From positions 32,001 through 96,000 of the forward strand of contig CAXBMO010000012.1 of the NCBI GenBank assembly GCA_963977015.1: a DNA stretch of 64,000 nucleotides. Reading direction: 5' to 3'. How positions within the stretch are numbered: the first letter of the stretch is position 1; each line of letters begins with the position of its first letter. The position numbers and the translations under genes are program-made. This document shows positions 49,207 through 61,200 of this stretch, one piece after another. The notes below the pieces were generated by a model. It did not search any database, had not been told where the DNA came from, and saw only the letters and a list, made by a program, of their open reading frames with translations. This DNA is from an uncultured bacterium (GTDB taxonomy: Bacteria > Verrucomicrobiota > Verrucomicrobiia > Verrucomicrobiales > DEV007).

Positions 49207-52200
49207 ATGACTGATAGAAAGCGTTTCTCTCTGCGACAGCGACTTCGGAATCTTAAGAGCCGTCTGAAGGATGGTTCGGAGGAAGATCGCGTAAGGTTTG
49301 AACCCTTGGAGCCGCGGCTGTTGTTCTCCGCTTCTCCAGTTCCAACCGAAGTAGAGCCGGAACCTTCGCAAGAACCGCCTGCAGTTGAAATTGCTCCGGA
49401 AGGTGAGGCGGTGAGTGAGGATCAGATTCCAGAGAACGCTCCATCGGAAGTTCCGGAAGAAGCGGCCCCGGATCCAGTAGAAGAGACGATTCCTGATTCG
49501 GTTGCAGAAGCGACCCACTTTGAGATCGAGGGCGAAGCGGCTCTAGAGGACTTGATCAATCTGGAAGGCGGAGAGCAGGGAGTTCCCGAAAAAATTGTCG
49601 TATATGGAAGCGATGAGACCGACGACTTTCTGCGGATCGACCTGGGTCAGACCGATCAGATTTTGGACCTGACCTATCATGGCGGCGCCGGGGGCTACGA
49701 TACGATGGAGATCACCGGGGTGGCGATTGGCTCATACACGCCGGGCGCGGTTTATGGCGACGGGATCATCACGGCGGGCAAGAGCATTTTCCGGTTCACG
49801 GGGCTCGAGCCAGTCATCATCGATGGATCGGGATTGGCGGACAGCTCCTTCACGTTTACCACTCCAGGTGGTGCTGATGATCTGGTGATCGACAACCCGG
49901 CGGAGGGCCAGAACCGGATTCGCGGCTTGAGCGGAGGAACGCCGTTCGAGGAGATCATTTTCAGCAACGTCAAGAATCTCACGATCGACGCGGCGAGCAA
50001 CGACGTCGCCGGAGACCAGGATGATTCGATCACGTTCAGCGGCCCCCTTGTGGCGACGGGCCTGCAGACAGTGACGGTCCAAACCGGGGCGGGGAATGAC
50101 ACGATTACGGTTCAATCTGATTTTGTGAGCGCGAACGGAAACACCGTCGCGGTCACGCTCGATGCCGGTGACGGCGAGGACACGATCCTGGGGCCATCGC
50201 TCGACACGGTCTGGACCGTGAACGGCCGGAACGCCGGCGAAGTGGCGGGAATCGAATTTTCAAACGTGGAGAACCTGACCGGCGCGGCGGACAACGAGGA
50301 CGTCTTCGTCTTCACCGAATCCGGGAGCCTTTCGGGCGTGATTGCCGGGGGCGATCGCGGATTCGACACCCTGGAACTGGATGGCGGCACCTTTGATTCC
50401 GTAACGTTTACCGCGTTCAGTCCGGATGCGGGAACCGTGGAACGGGACTCGGACCTGATCACCTACGTCGGTCTCGAGCCGATCACTGACAACACCTCGA
50501 CGACCGATCGCGTGATCGGAATGAGCAACGACGCGGACACCGACGCGGTGCTGACCGGAACCGCGACGACGATGACGTTGGATGGATCGACGTTCGAAGG
50601 AATCACCTTCCTCAATCCGTCCAGTTCGTTGACGATTCAGGGGCTGGACGGCGAGGACACCATCACGATCAATTCGTTCAGCAGCGGGTTCATGGGCGAC
50701 CTGACGATCGAAGCTGAGCACATCGTGGTCTCCTCGGCGGCAACGATCAACACCGCAGGCAACGTGACCTTGCGCGCCGCGGCGCAGAACAGCGGCAGCA
50801 CGGTGATGTCAGCCAGCGTCAGCGTGGAAGGCTCGATCACGGCCGCCGCGCTTGAGATCAGTGCCGCGACCGATGGCAGCATTACCCTTGGATCCAGTAC
50901 CGATCTTGTGGCGACCAACACCTACGCCGAAAGCGCGACTGCGACGATCAGCGGGGGGACGATCAACGCGAATTCGTTGGTGCTCAGCGCGACAACGAGC
51001 ACGGATTACACCGCAACGGCGTTCGCCGCGCAGAACGTCATCACCGGTGCGGTAACCGCATCGATTGAGAACAGCAGTAGCGTCACCACCAGTGGCGCGG
51101 TGAGCGTGAGCGCGACGGACGAATCCTTTCTCACCGCTTCGGCGCCGGAACGCCTCATCGATGTCAGCGGCGGACTTCCCGCTTCAGTTGAAATCGCTGC
51201 GGCGCGCAACAGCCTGACCCGCGATGTGACCGCCTACGTTTCGGCGAGCACGGTGACGGCCAACAATGGCGACATCACGGTCGAGGCGACGAAATCCGCG
51301 AAAGCCAGCGCCAAGGCGGAGACGATCGCGCTTTCCTCCGGCGTCCCGGTCGTCATCCCGGATTCGCTGAGTTTCGGCGGCACCTATTCCTCCAATACCC
51401 TGTTGGGAGACACCAAAGCCTACGTCACCCTGGGTTCGACCCTGGAAACGACGGTGGCGGGCGACATTGCCGTCAGCGCCCGAGACGAATCCGCAGCCGA
51501 CTCGCGTTCCGGAGCCAGCGCCACCGCGCAAACCGCGAGCGTCTCCCTTGACGGAGTTGGCGGGTCGGTTGGCGCGTCGATTGCGTTTAACGCGATCGGC
51601 TGGGACACCGGAGCCGGGTTCATGACGCTGGACGCGTTGTTGGGAACCGGTCTGGGTACGGAATCGACGAACGAGGTCCAGGCTTACGTGACCGATTCCG
51701 ATGTCGATTCGGCCGACGATGTTTCCATCTCCGCGGAGGCTGCGACCCTGATCAACGCCACGGTGAGCAACGCCGCTGAGACGACCGCGTCCTCCCTTTT
51801 CGGGTCGAGCGGATCCGCCACCAGCGCGGTTGTGGCCAGCAACAAGATCAGTATCAGCAGTGAAGCCTTCATCGCAGATCAAGTCGACGGCGGAACCACC
51901 GAGGTGGACGCGGGCGGCGATCTGACGGTTCAGGCGACCGACAATTCGGGGATTCTTTCCAACGCGCGAGTTGTTTCCTCATCGATCACCACGAGCGACG
52001 GCGGAGCGGACGTGCTTCAAGGCATGATGCGCGATTTGCTCGATGCCGATTTCGAACCGGTTTCTGCGCCGACGAATGTGCAGGCGATCGCGTTTGGCGA
52101 AAAGGTCAGGCTGGCCGACGACTTTGCGACGCCGGATTTTCAGAGCGACGCCTTCGGGTTGCAGAACGTCGAAGCGGGTGACGTGGTGCAGTTGGCGGAT

Positions 52201-55200
52201 GATTTTGATGGAAGCGGAACCGCCGGTGCGACCTATCGCTATACGGGAACCACGGATGATCTGGATCTCGGCTCGGAGGATTACGACACGGCGAACTGGA
52301 TCGGAATTTCCGGGACCAACAGCAGCGTTTACGAGTATCTGGGGCAGGACGCGAGCCTGGATTTGAACGGGCAGCGCTACACGAACCTGGATACCTGGAA
52401 GGAAGTGGTTGGCACGAACCTGATCCCACAGGGATTCAGCCTGACCGAGTCCAATTCCTACGCGATCGGCGGCCTGGTGGTGCTCAATGAGTTGACCGCG
52501 GAAGTTGAGGCTTACGTTTCCAAGGCCAGCGCCGACGCCGGAGGCGATTTCTCGATCACCGCGACGGAAAACGCGACGATTCGCGCCACGGCCGACAGTT
52601 CGGCTTCGGTGACCGGAGGAAGTGCGTTTGGTGGCGGAACGGCGATGGCGGTGAACGGGACGATCGCGACGAACCTCGTCCTCAGTTCATCGAACGCCTA
52701 TATTTCCGAGGGGGAGGTGACGAGCGGAGGCGATCTAAGTATCAGTGCGAGCAATACGTCTGTCATTAACGCCATTACCAAACAATCGACTTCGACCGGC
52801 GCGGATGGAACGGGGATTTTGCTGGCGTTCAACACGATCGGCTGGGAAGCGCAGGACGTTTTCACGCGAACGCTCGACGCGCTCCTCCGAACCAGCATCG
52901 GCACGGAGGACGCGGCCGTTACATCGGCCTACATCGAAAAATCCGATGTCGATGCGACGGGCGATCTTTCCGTCACCGCGACTTCCGAGGCGCAGCTGAC
53001 CGCCAAAGTAAGCAACGATTCCACTGCCGCAGCGGGAGCGCTGTTCGGGGCGGATGCCTCGACGGTCACCGGAGTGTTGGCGAGCAACATGGTTAATACC
53101 GAGGCAAGTGCCACGATCGACAACGACGCGGCCAACCCTGCTTTCGAGATCGGCGCGGGAGGGGGAATCACGGTCAGCGCGAGCGACGACGCAGAGATTC
53201 TGGCCAACACCGGGCTCAAGGCCACCGCATCGGCGACGAACCTGGGAGGAACCGGCATTTTGAACGACCTCGCGTCGCAGTTGATGGGCGACTATGACTA
53301 CACCTCCAACTCCGGCTCTCAAAACGTGGAGTTCGGCGATTTGGTACGTTTGGCAGGAGGCGAGGGGGGCACGACCGATTACGCAGGAGGTGGCGAAGCC
53401 GGCGCGATTTATGAGTTCATGGGAACGGCGGCTCTCGGAACGGCGCTGAATCTGGGAACGACCGATTACACCAACAAGCGGCTCTGGAAGAAGTTGAACA
53501 CGGACAACGTCATTCCGAAAGATATTGCCCAAACGGCGCTGAGAGCGGCGGGATTGGGAATCGGCGAAGCCGATGCCTTGAGCGGCTTGATCTCGCGCAA
53601 CGACGTAAGAAGCGCCGTCACCGCCACGATTCAAAACGCGACCGTGAACGCGGCCGATGGCGATATCCAGGTTCTGGCCACGGAAGAAGCCTCCATCGAC
53701 GCAACGGATACCAGCGTGATCCAGGCAAAAACCGGAAAGGGTGGCGTGATTGTGACCAACCTGGTTCTGAGCAGCGCCAACGCTTCAATCGTAGACTCCA
53801 CGATCAACAACACCAGCACCGCCGGAGACGTCATCGTCCAAGCGGAGAATAGCGCCCGAATTGACGCCACCGCGACCAGCCAGGTTTCCGGCGCCAAAGA
53901 AACTGTGGGTTTTGTGGTCTCAATGAACACGGTGGGCTGGGAAGCCCAGGATTTGTTGACCGGCACCTTCGACACTCTCATCGGCAGCCCCGCAACTGCG
54001 ACGTTGTTTGGGTTGGAAACGCCGGTCGAAGCTCGCGCGTTCGTGACCGATTCCACGGTGACGGCGACAGGTGATCTTTCAGTCACGGCGACGAACGAAG
54101 CCCAGCTCAACGCCACCACGGGCAACGAGTCCAGCACCTCCACCACGAACTCCTTCGCCATCGACGCAAAATTTGGCAAAAAGGGCATGGCTGCTGGCGG
54201 GATTTTGGCCAGCAACAAGGTTAGTAGTGGAGCCTACGCCTACATCAGCGAGACGCTTTCGGGAACGACCGTGATCAACGTGAACGGCGACGTGACGGTG
54301 AGTTCGCAGGATTTGGCCGGAGTCGATTCCAACAGTGAAGTATCGGTTCAATCAGTCACCACGAACAACCTGGACGCTCTCAGGGATGCGGCTGGAATCC
54401 TGGGGCTGGATGATTATCAATACACCACCGGTTCCGGAACCCAGACGGTCAGCGATGGACTCCGTGTCTTTGTCGAAGACGGATACGGCGGCGTTTCCGA
54501 CGGAGAAGGAGTTTACGTTTACGTCGGAGACGATGTGGAATTGGATCTCTCCACCGCCGATTACGATGAGGCCTCAGGCTGGTCGAAAATGGAGCAGGCC
54601 GATTTCGAAGATCTCTTGTTCCCGAATCTCGGTAACCTGACTGACTCTGATTCCCGCGCCTATGGCGGCATGGTCGTTTACAACGAAGTTCGTAGCGATG
54701 TCGATGCCTACATCGCGGATGCGACGGTCACCACGCAGAATGGTGACGTTAGCGTTACGGCCACGGAAAATGCGCAACTCCGGGCGTTCGCAGAAACCAA
54801 CATCCAATCTTCTGGCGGCAGTTTCATCGGAAGCGGCGATTCGATCGCGCGCAATATCCAGATTGTGACGAACGCGATGCTCAGCTCTGCGGATGCGCAC
54901 ATTTCCGACAGCGTGATCACCACTGCTGTTAGTGGTGATGTGATCGTGGATGCCAGCAATATTTCCGGTATCGACGCCACGATTCTCAGTTCCACCACCA
55001 CCGGTGACGAAACGGAAAGCCTGACCGTGGGATTCAACACGATGGGTTACCTTCCCTTGGGAATTCTCTTCAATACGGTCGAGGCATTGATCGGCGACCC
55101 GGTTGTTTCCGATGCGTTTGCCCAGACTCCGGCCGAAGTGAAAGCGTCGATTACTGATTCCGACGTCAACGCGGCGGACGACGTCACGGTTACGGCCGAA

Positions 55201-58200
55201 GGCGCCGCGCAGCTCAATGCCACCGTGAGCAACGCCGCGACTTCAGAGGCCTCCGCGCTCTTCAATGCCGAAGGTAAAGGGTATGGCGGAACGCTGGCCT
55301 CCAACAAGGTGAGCACTTCGACCGAGGCCTTTATCGATAATGCGGATGCGCCGGGAGGTTATGCGATTGATGCCGGAAAAAGCGTAACGGTAACGGCGGA
55401 GGATAACGCCGGAATGTTCGCCAACACCAAGATTGTTGTCGCTTCCTCGACGTCCAACGATGGCGGAGCCGCCGTGATTCAGGAAACGATCAATGATGTC
55501 GTTCCCGCAGATTACGAATCCGACCCTGACGACACGCTTACGACGAAGATTCGTTCCCTGGAATTGGGCAAGCGGGTTCGGCTTGCGGACGACTACGGCA
55601 CGGCGGATCTGAGCATGAGCGGCGACCCGGTGGCCGTATCTACGGGTAGCGTCGTTCAATTGCCCGACGACTTTGCCGGGGACGGAAGCCCGGGAGCAAA
55701 GTATCGCTATGTTGGTTCGGGAGATACCGTGACGCTTACCGATGTGGATTACGACACCGACGCGGATTGGGTGGAAATCAACGGAGATGCGGGAAGCGTC
55801 TACGAATATCTGGGCAACGAGGTGATCGGAGCGAATCAAGATCTCAATGCGCAGCGCTACGAAAACCTGGATATCTGGAAAGAAGTCCCCATCAGTAACT
55901 TGCTGCCACAAGGGAATAATATAACACCATCGAACTCCCGGGCAGTGGGTGGCTTGATCGTCGCCAACCAGGTTCGCGGCGAAGCCAATGCCTACATCAC
56001 GGATGCCACCGTTAGTGCCGCGGATGGCGACATCACCGTTTCGGCGACGGAGAACGCCGAGATGATTGCGAATGTCGATAACACGGCAACGTCATCGGGC
56101 GGCAGCGCGTTTGGCGAAGGCGAATCCCTCGCGATCAACGGAACCATCGCCACGAACGTGGTTTTGAGCAGCGCGACCGCCCACATCACGGACAGCACGG
56201 TAACCGCGTCCGATGCTGACGCCGGTGACGGGGAAGCGCTCGGAAACGTCACCGTCAGTGCGACGCAAAGCTCCACGCTCGATGCGGAAACGATGAGCAT
56301 GCTTTCGACCGGCGACACCGGCTATGGCTTCGTGCTCGCCTTCAACTCGATGGGCTGGAATCCGCAGAATGTGCTTTTCAACACGATCGACGCCCTGCTC
56401 GGTGATCCGCTGATCTCGGATGCGTTCGATGGCCAGACGCCGGCCAAGGCGAAGGCCTACATCACCAACTCCACGATCAACGCGGCGGAAGAAGTCGAGG
56501 TTTCTGCGGTGAACGTCGCGCAGCTCGATGCGGAAGTCGGTAACGAATCGACCTCGGCGGCTTCGGCGCTATTCGACGCCAGCGGCAAGGTCGTGGCCGG
56601 AATGCTGACCAGCAACAAAGTCAGCAGCGGCGCGGAAGCCTACATCGATCACGCATCGACCCGGGTGATCTCGGGAGGTGGTCTGACGGTAACCGCGGAT
56701 GACAACGCTTCGATTGTCAGCACCAATTCCCTGAAGGCGCTGTCCAGCACCAGCAACGACGGCGGTCTCAGCATCGCGGCGGATCTGGCGCTGTCGATTC
56801 TGGGCGATTACAATTACACCTCGAACTCCGGAACGGTCACGTTGCAGACGGGCGACGAGGTTCGGCTCTCCGGTGGCGATGGCGGAACGGCAGACTATGC
56901 CAACGGCGGAAACGCAGGCTCGGTTTATCGCTATACCGGTGACGCGGCTTCGATCAATCTGGGAACCACCAATTACAGCACCGGCCCGTGGACGGAACTG
57001 ATCGACTACGCCGCGATCATGCAGGAGTTCACGGATACCGTCGGCGAGTTTGTGCCCTTGAACGTGACGTCTTCCGATTCGGAAGGTTATGGAGGCTTGG
57101 TCGTAATGAACGATGTGCGCAGTGATGTGGTGAGTTACATCGAAAGCGCGGATGTCGACGTCGCCGGCATGCTCACGGTCGAAGCCCGAGAGCGGTCGAC
57201 CATTGAAGCGACGAACAATAGCACGGTCACTTCTGATGGCGGCAGCATTACTGGCGAAGGTTCCTCAATCGCGGTCAGCGGAATTATCGCCACGAACGTG
57301 GTTTTGAGTTCGGCGGTCGCCCATATCGGAAACGGCGCGGATGTCGTAACTACGGATGGCGGAGACGTTGTGGTGGAAGCGGAGAACACGTCCACGCTGA
57401 ATTCATCGGTCGAGAACATCACCGAATCGAAGGGAACGTCCGTTGGAGTCACCTTGGCGTTCAACACAATCGGGATCGAATCCCAGAACTTCCTGTTTAA
57501 TACAGTCGATACGCTCTTCGGCACGGACATCGCTGAAGAAGATCCGGCAGAGGTCAGAGCCTATATCGACAACGCCAGCGTGGTTGCCGCAGGTGGCATT
57601 CGCATCGACACGTCCGCCGAAACCGACATCGATGCCACGACCGAAAACTCGGCAAGGTCGATTGTCGCCAGCCTGGGCGAAAACACGACGATCAGCATCG
57701 GCGCGGTGGTTAGCCTGAACAAGCTCAGCACGCTGAACCAGGCCTATGTCGATAATTCGGAAACCATCCAGGCGAATGGCGGCGACATCACCTTGAGCGC
57801 CGAGGATATTTCCGCGATCGACTCGACGGTGGAAGCGACGTCCATCGCCGTTGCCGCTGGCGTCGATTCTTCAACCTCGGTCGCGGTAGGCTTGAGCGTG
57901 GCGCGGAACGAAATCCGCAACGACCTGAGCGCGTTCATTGACAACTCGGGCACCGTGGGAACTCCCGTGATTGCCAGCGGCGGGCTTAGCGTAAGTGCGA
58001 ATCAGTCGGCTACGATCGATGCGACCTCGAAGGCGACGGCAGTGGCGGTGGCGGCTAGTCTTTCAGATTCTGCGTTGGGCTTCAGTGCAGGAGGCGCCAC
58101 TGCAGTTAACGTGATTTTGGGTGGTGGCAACGCCTACGTTTCCAATAGTTTTCTGCAGACCGCCGGCGCGGTTGGTCTCAGCGCGATTCATACCTCCTCG

Positions 58201-61200
58201 ATTGATTCCAAGGTCGCGGCGACTGCCGTTTCGGTCGCTCTTGGAAGTGGGAACGCACCCGCGATTGCGATCGGATTCTCCCTGGCGCGAAATTTGATCG
58301 GATGGAGTGATCTCGACACCAGCGATCCTTTGGAAGTCCTCGCCTACCTCGAAAACACGACCCTGACGGCGGGTGGCGGACTGACGGTGACGAGTTCCTC
58401 GACGGCAATGATCACCTCTGAAATTGAAGCAACCTCGGTCGCTGTTGCGGGATCGGCGAAGAGCGCGGCAGCCCTGACTGCAGCGGGATTGGAAACGACG
58501 AACAAGATTTCATCCCTGATCAAAGCCTACATCGATGGAGGCGCCGCAGTGGAAGCTGCAAACATCACGATGTCGGCCACGGATTCCTCCACGATTACGG
58601 CCGATGCTCAGGCTGCAGCCGTCGGCGCCAGCCTGTCCGGCAAGAGCGGCGGCGCGTTGTCGATCGGTGTGTCACTGGCCCGAAATACGATCGAGAACGA
58701 AGTCGAAGCTTATATCAAGGACACGGGCAGTGTGGTTACGAACGGAGGTAACCTGGAGCTGACCGCAAGCGAAAATGCGGACATTGAGGCGACTTCCGTG
58801 GCTGCCGCGATTTCAGTTGGAATCGCCGCGGGTGGCACGGGTTTCGCCCTGAGCGGTGGTGGAGCGGAGTCGACCAACGTTATTCTCTCACGCGCCAACG
58901 CTTATTTGGAAGGCACCGTATTGGGCAGTTCCGGAAACAAGGTGGGCGACGTGACCCTGACCACGAGCAGCAACTCAGCCATCACCGCAACGGTGGCGGC
59001 GGTGGCGGCTTCTGTTACCTTTGGTTCTTCGGCCGGGGTTGGCGCCTCGATTGGAGCATCGGTGGCAAGGAATACGATCGGGTGGCGTTCCAGTTCCATT
59101 GCCGCGACCTACGATAGTCACGAGGACGAGCCAGCCACGTTGACCACGCTCGACACCGTCGAAATCACGGACGGACCGCGTGCCGGTGATGTGTATCGTT
59201 ACCTCGGGCCGACCAAGTCCGGGATCATCGATTTGACGACGGAGGACTATTCGGATGGCGATGTCTGGGAGCGGATCGGTCTCAATAAATCCGCCGCCGA
59301 AATTCGGTCCTACGTCGATGACAGCACGATCTTCTCCGCCGGCGACCTGACTCTGGACGCTGATTCGACCCAAAGCATCGACGCCACGGTTCTGGCTGGT
59401 TCGGCGGCGCTCGCCGCTGGAGGAAGAGCCGGGGTTGCCCTGAGCGGTGCGTTTGTCAGCGCCGACAACAAGATCGCGACGGATGTGAAGGCATTCGTCG
59501 ACGGCGATGGAACGGGCGGAATCGAAGCGGCGAGCGCGACGCTAACGGCGGACGATGCGTCCGGGATTTCCGCGTTTGCCGGAGCCGCTTCGCTGGCCGC
59601 ATCGGTTGGCGGCAATGCCGGGGTTTCGGTCTCGATCGGTCTCTCCATCGCGAACAACGAAGTCGACAACGACGTTGCCGCCTATATCGCGAATGCCGGT
59701 GATGGGTTCACCACGACCGCCGGTGACGTGAGCGTCCAGGCAACCTCACAGGGCAATCATCTCTTCGACCTGGATCTGAGTGGCACGTCGTTTTCCGCCG
59801 CGGATCTGGACGACGCGTCCAAAGCCGACCAGGATGACCCCGAAACGGGCACGGACGAATTCGACGTCGACGCCACCGCCGACACCGCCATCTTGAACGC
59901 GGTCCGCAGCGAGTTCTCGACCGAGGGCGTGACCCTGAACGGCGAACTGAAAATCTCCGCGCTTGCCGAAGGAAACGACACGGGGAACAGCGGCTGGGTT
60001 CTGGTTGACGAAGACGGCGAGTCCTATTTTCTGACCAAGTCCGGCTCGACCCTTTCTGTTTCGCAATCCACGATCAACGCCGTTTCCGCCGCCGCCTCAG
60101 TCGCGGCCGGATTCGGAGGAACAGCCGGGATCGCCTTCAGCGGAGCCGGCGCGGTTGCGACCAACGTGGTCCTGACCAAGACGAATGCCTACCTCGACAG
60201 CAGCAGCGTCGAGAGTTTCGACGACGTCATCATCACCGCGGGCAGCACGTCCACGATTTCATCGACGATTGTGGCGGCGTCCCTCGCGGTCGGCGGAGGC
60301 GGCAGTGCCGGGGTTGGTGCCTCGATCGGCGTCGCCGTGGCGCGCAACTTCATTGGGTATGACGGCGACGGCGACAAGGACGCGGCCCAGGTCCGGGCTT
60401 ACATCGCGGATTCCAGCGTCGATGCCGGTGGAAACCTGACTCAAACCGCGGTGGCGGGTCAATCGATCAGCGCGCTGGTGCTTTCCGGATCGGTCGCGGT
60501 CGGCGCGGGTGGTTCGGCCGGAGTCGGCATCAGCGGATCCGGCGTTTACGCGGAAAACCGGATTGGCGTGGACGTGAAATCGTTCATCGACGGCGACGGA
60601 GCCGAAGGGATCAAGGCGGACATCGTCAGTCTGTCAGCCACGGATTCGTCGACCATTTCGGCCTTTGCCGGCGCGGCGTCACTCGCGGCCTCCTTCGGGG
60701 GTTCGGCCGGAGTGAGCTTTTCGGTTGGTGTTTCGCTCGCGAAGAACACCATCACCAGCGAGATCGAAGCGGGCATTCTCAACGCCGACACCGGTGTCGA
60801 GTCCCGGACTGGCGGCATCACCCTGACGGCGGACGAATCCGCGACCATCAGCGTGGTTTCGGCCGCGGCTTCCCTTGCGGCCGGGTTCGGCGGATCGGTT
60901 GGTCTTGCCGTGAGTGGTGCGGGGGCGGAATCGACCAACTACATCATGTCGAAGACGAATGCCTACCTGACGGACAGCATTCTGGACAGCGCGGGCAACG
61001 TCCTGCTCGACGCGGAAAATTCGGCGACGATCAACTCCTTTGTCCTTGCTGCTTCCTTCTCCGCGTCAGTTGGCGGCACGGCCGGAATCGGCGCGTCGAT
61101 CGGCGTCGCGATCGCCCGAAACCTCATCGGTTGGGATCCGGATTCATCCTCGATCACGCCAACCTACACCACGGATGAAGACACGGCTACGCTGGCGACG

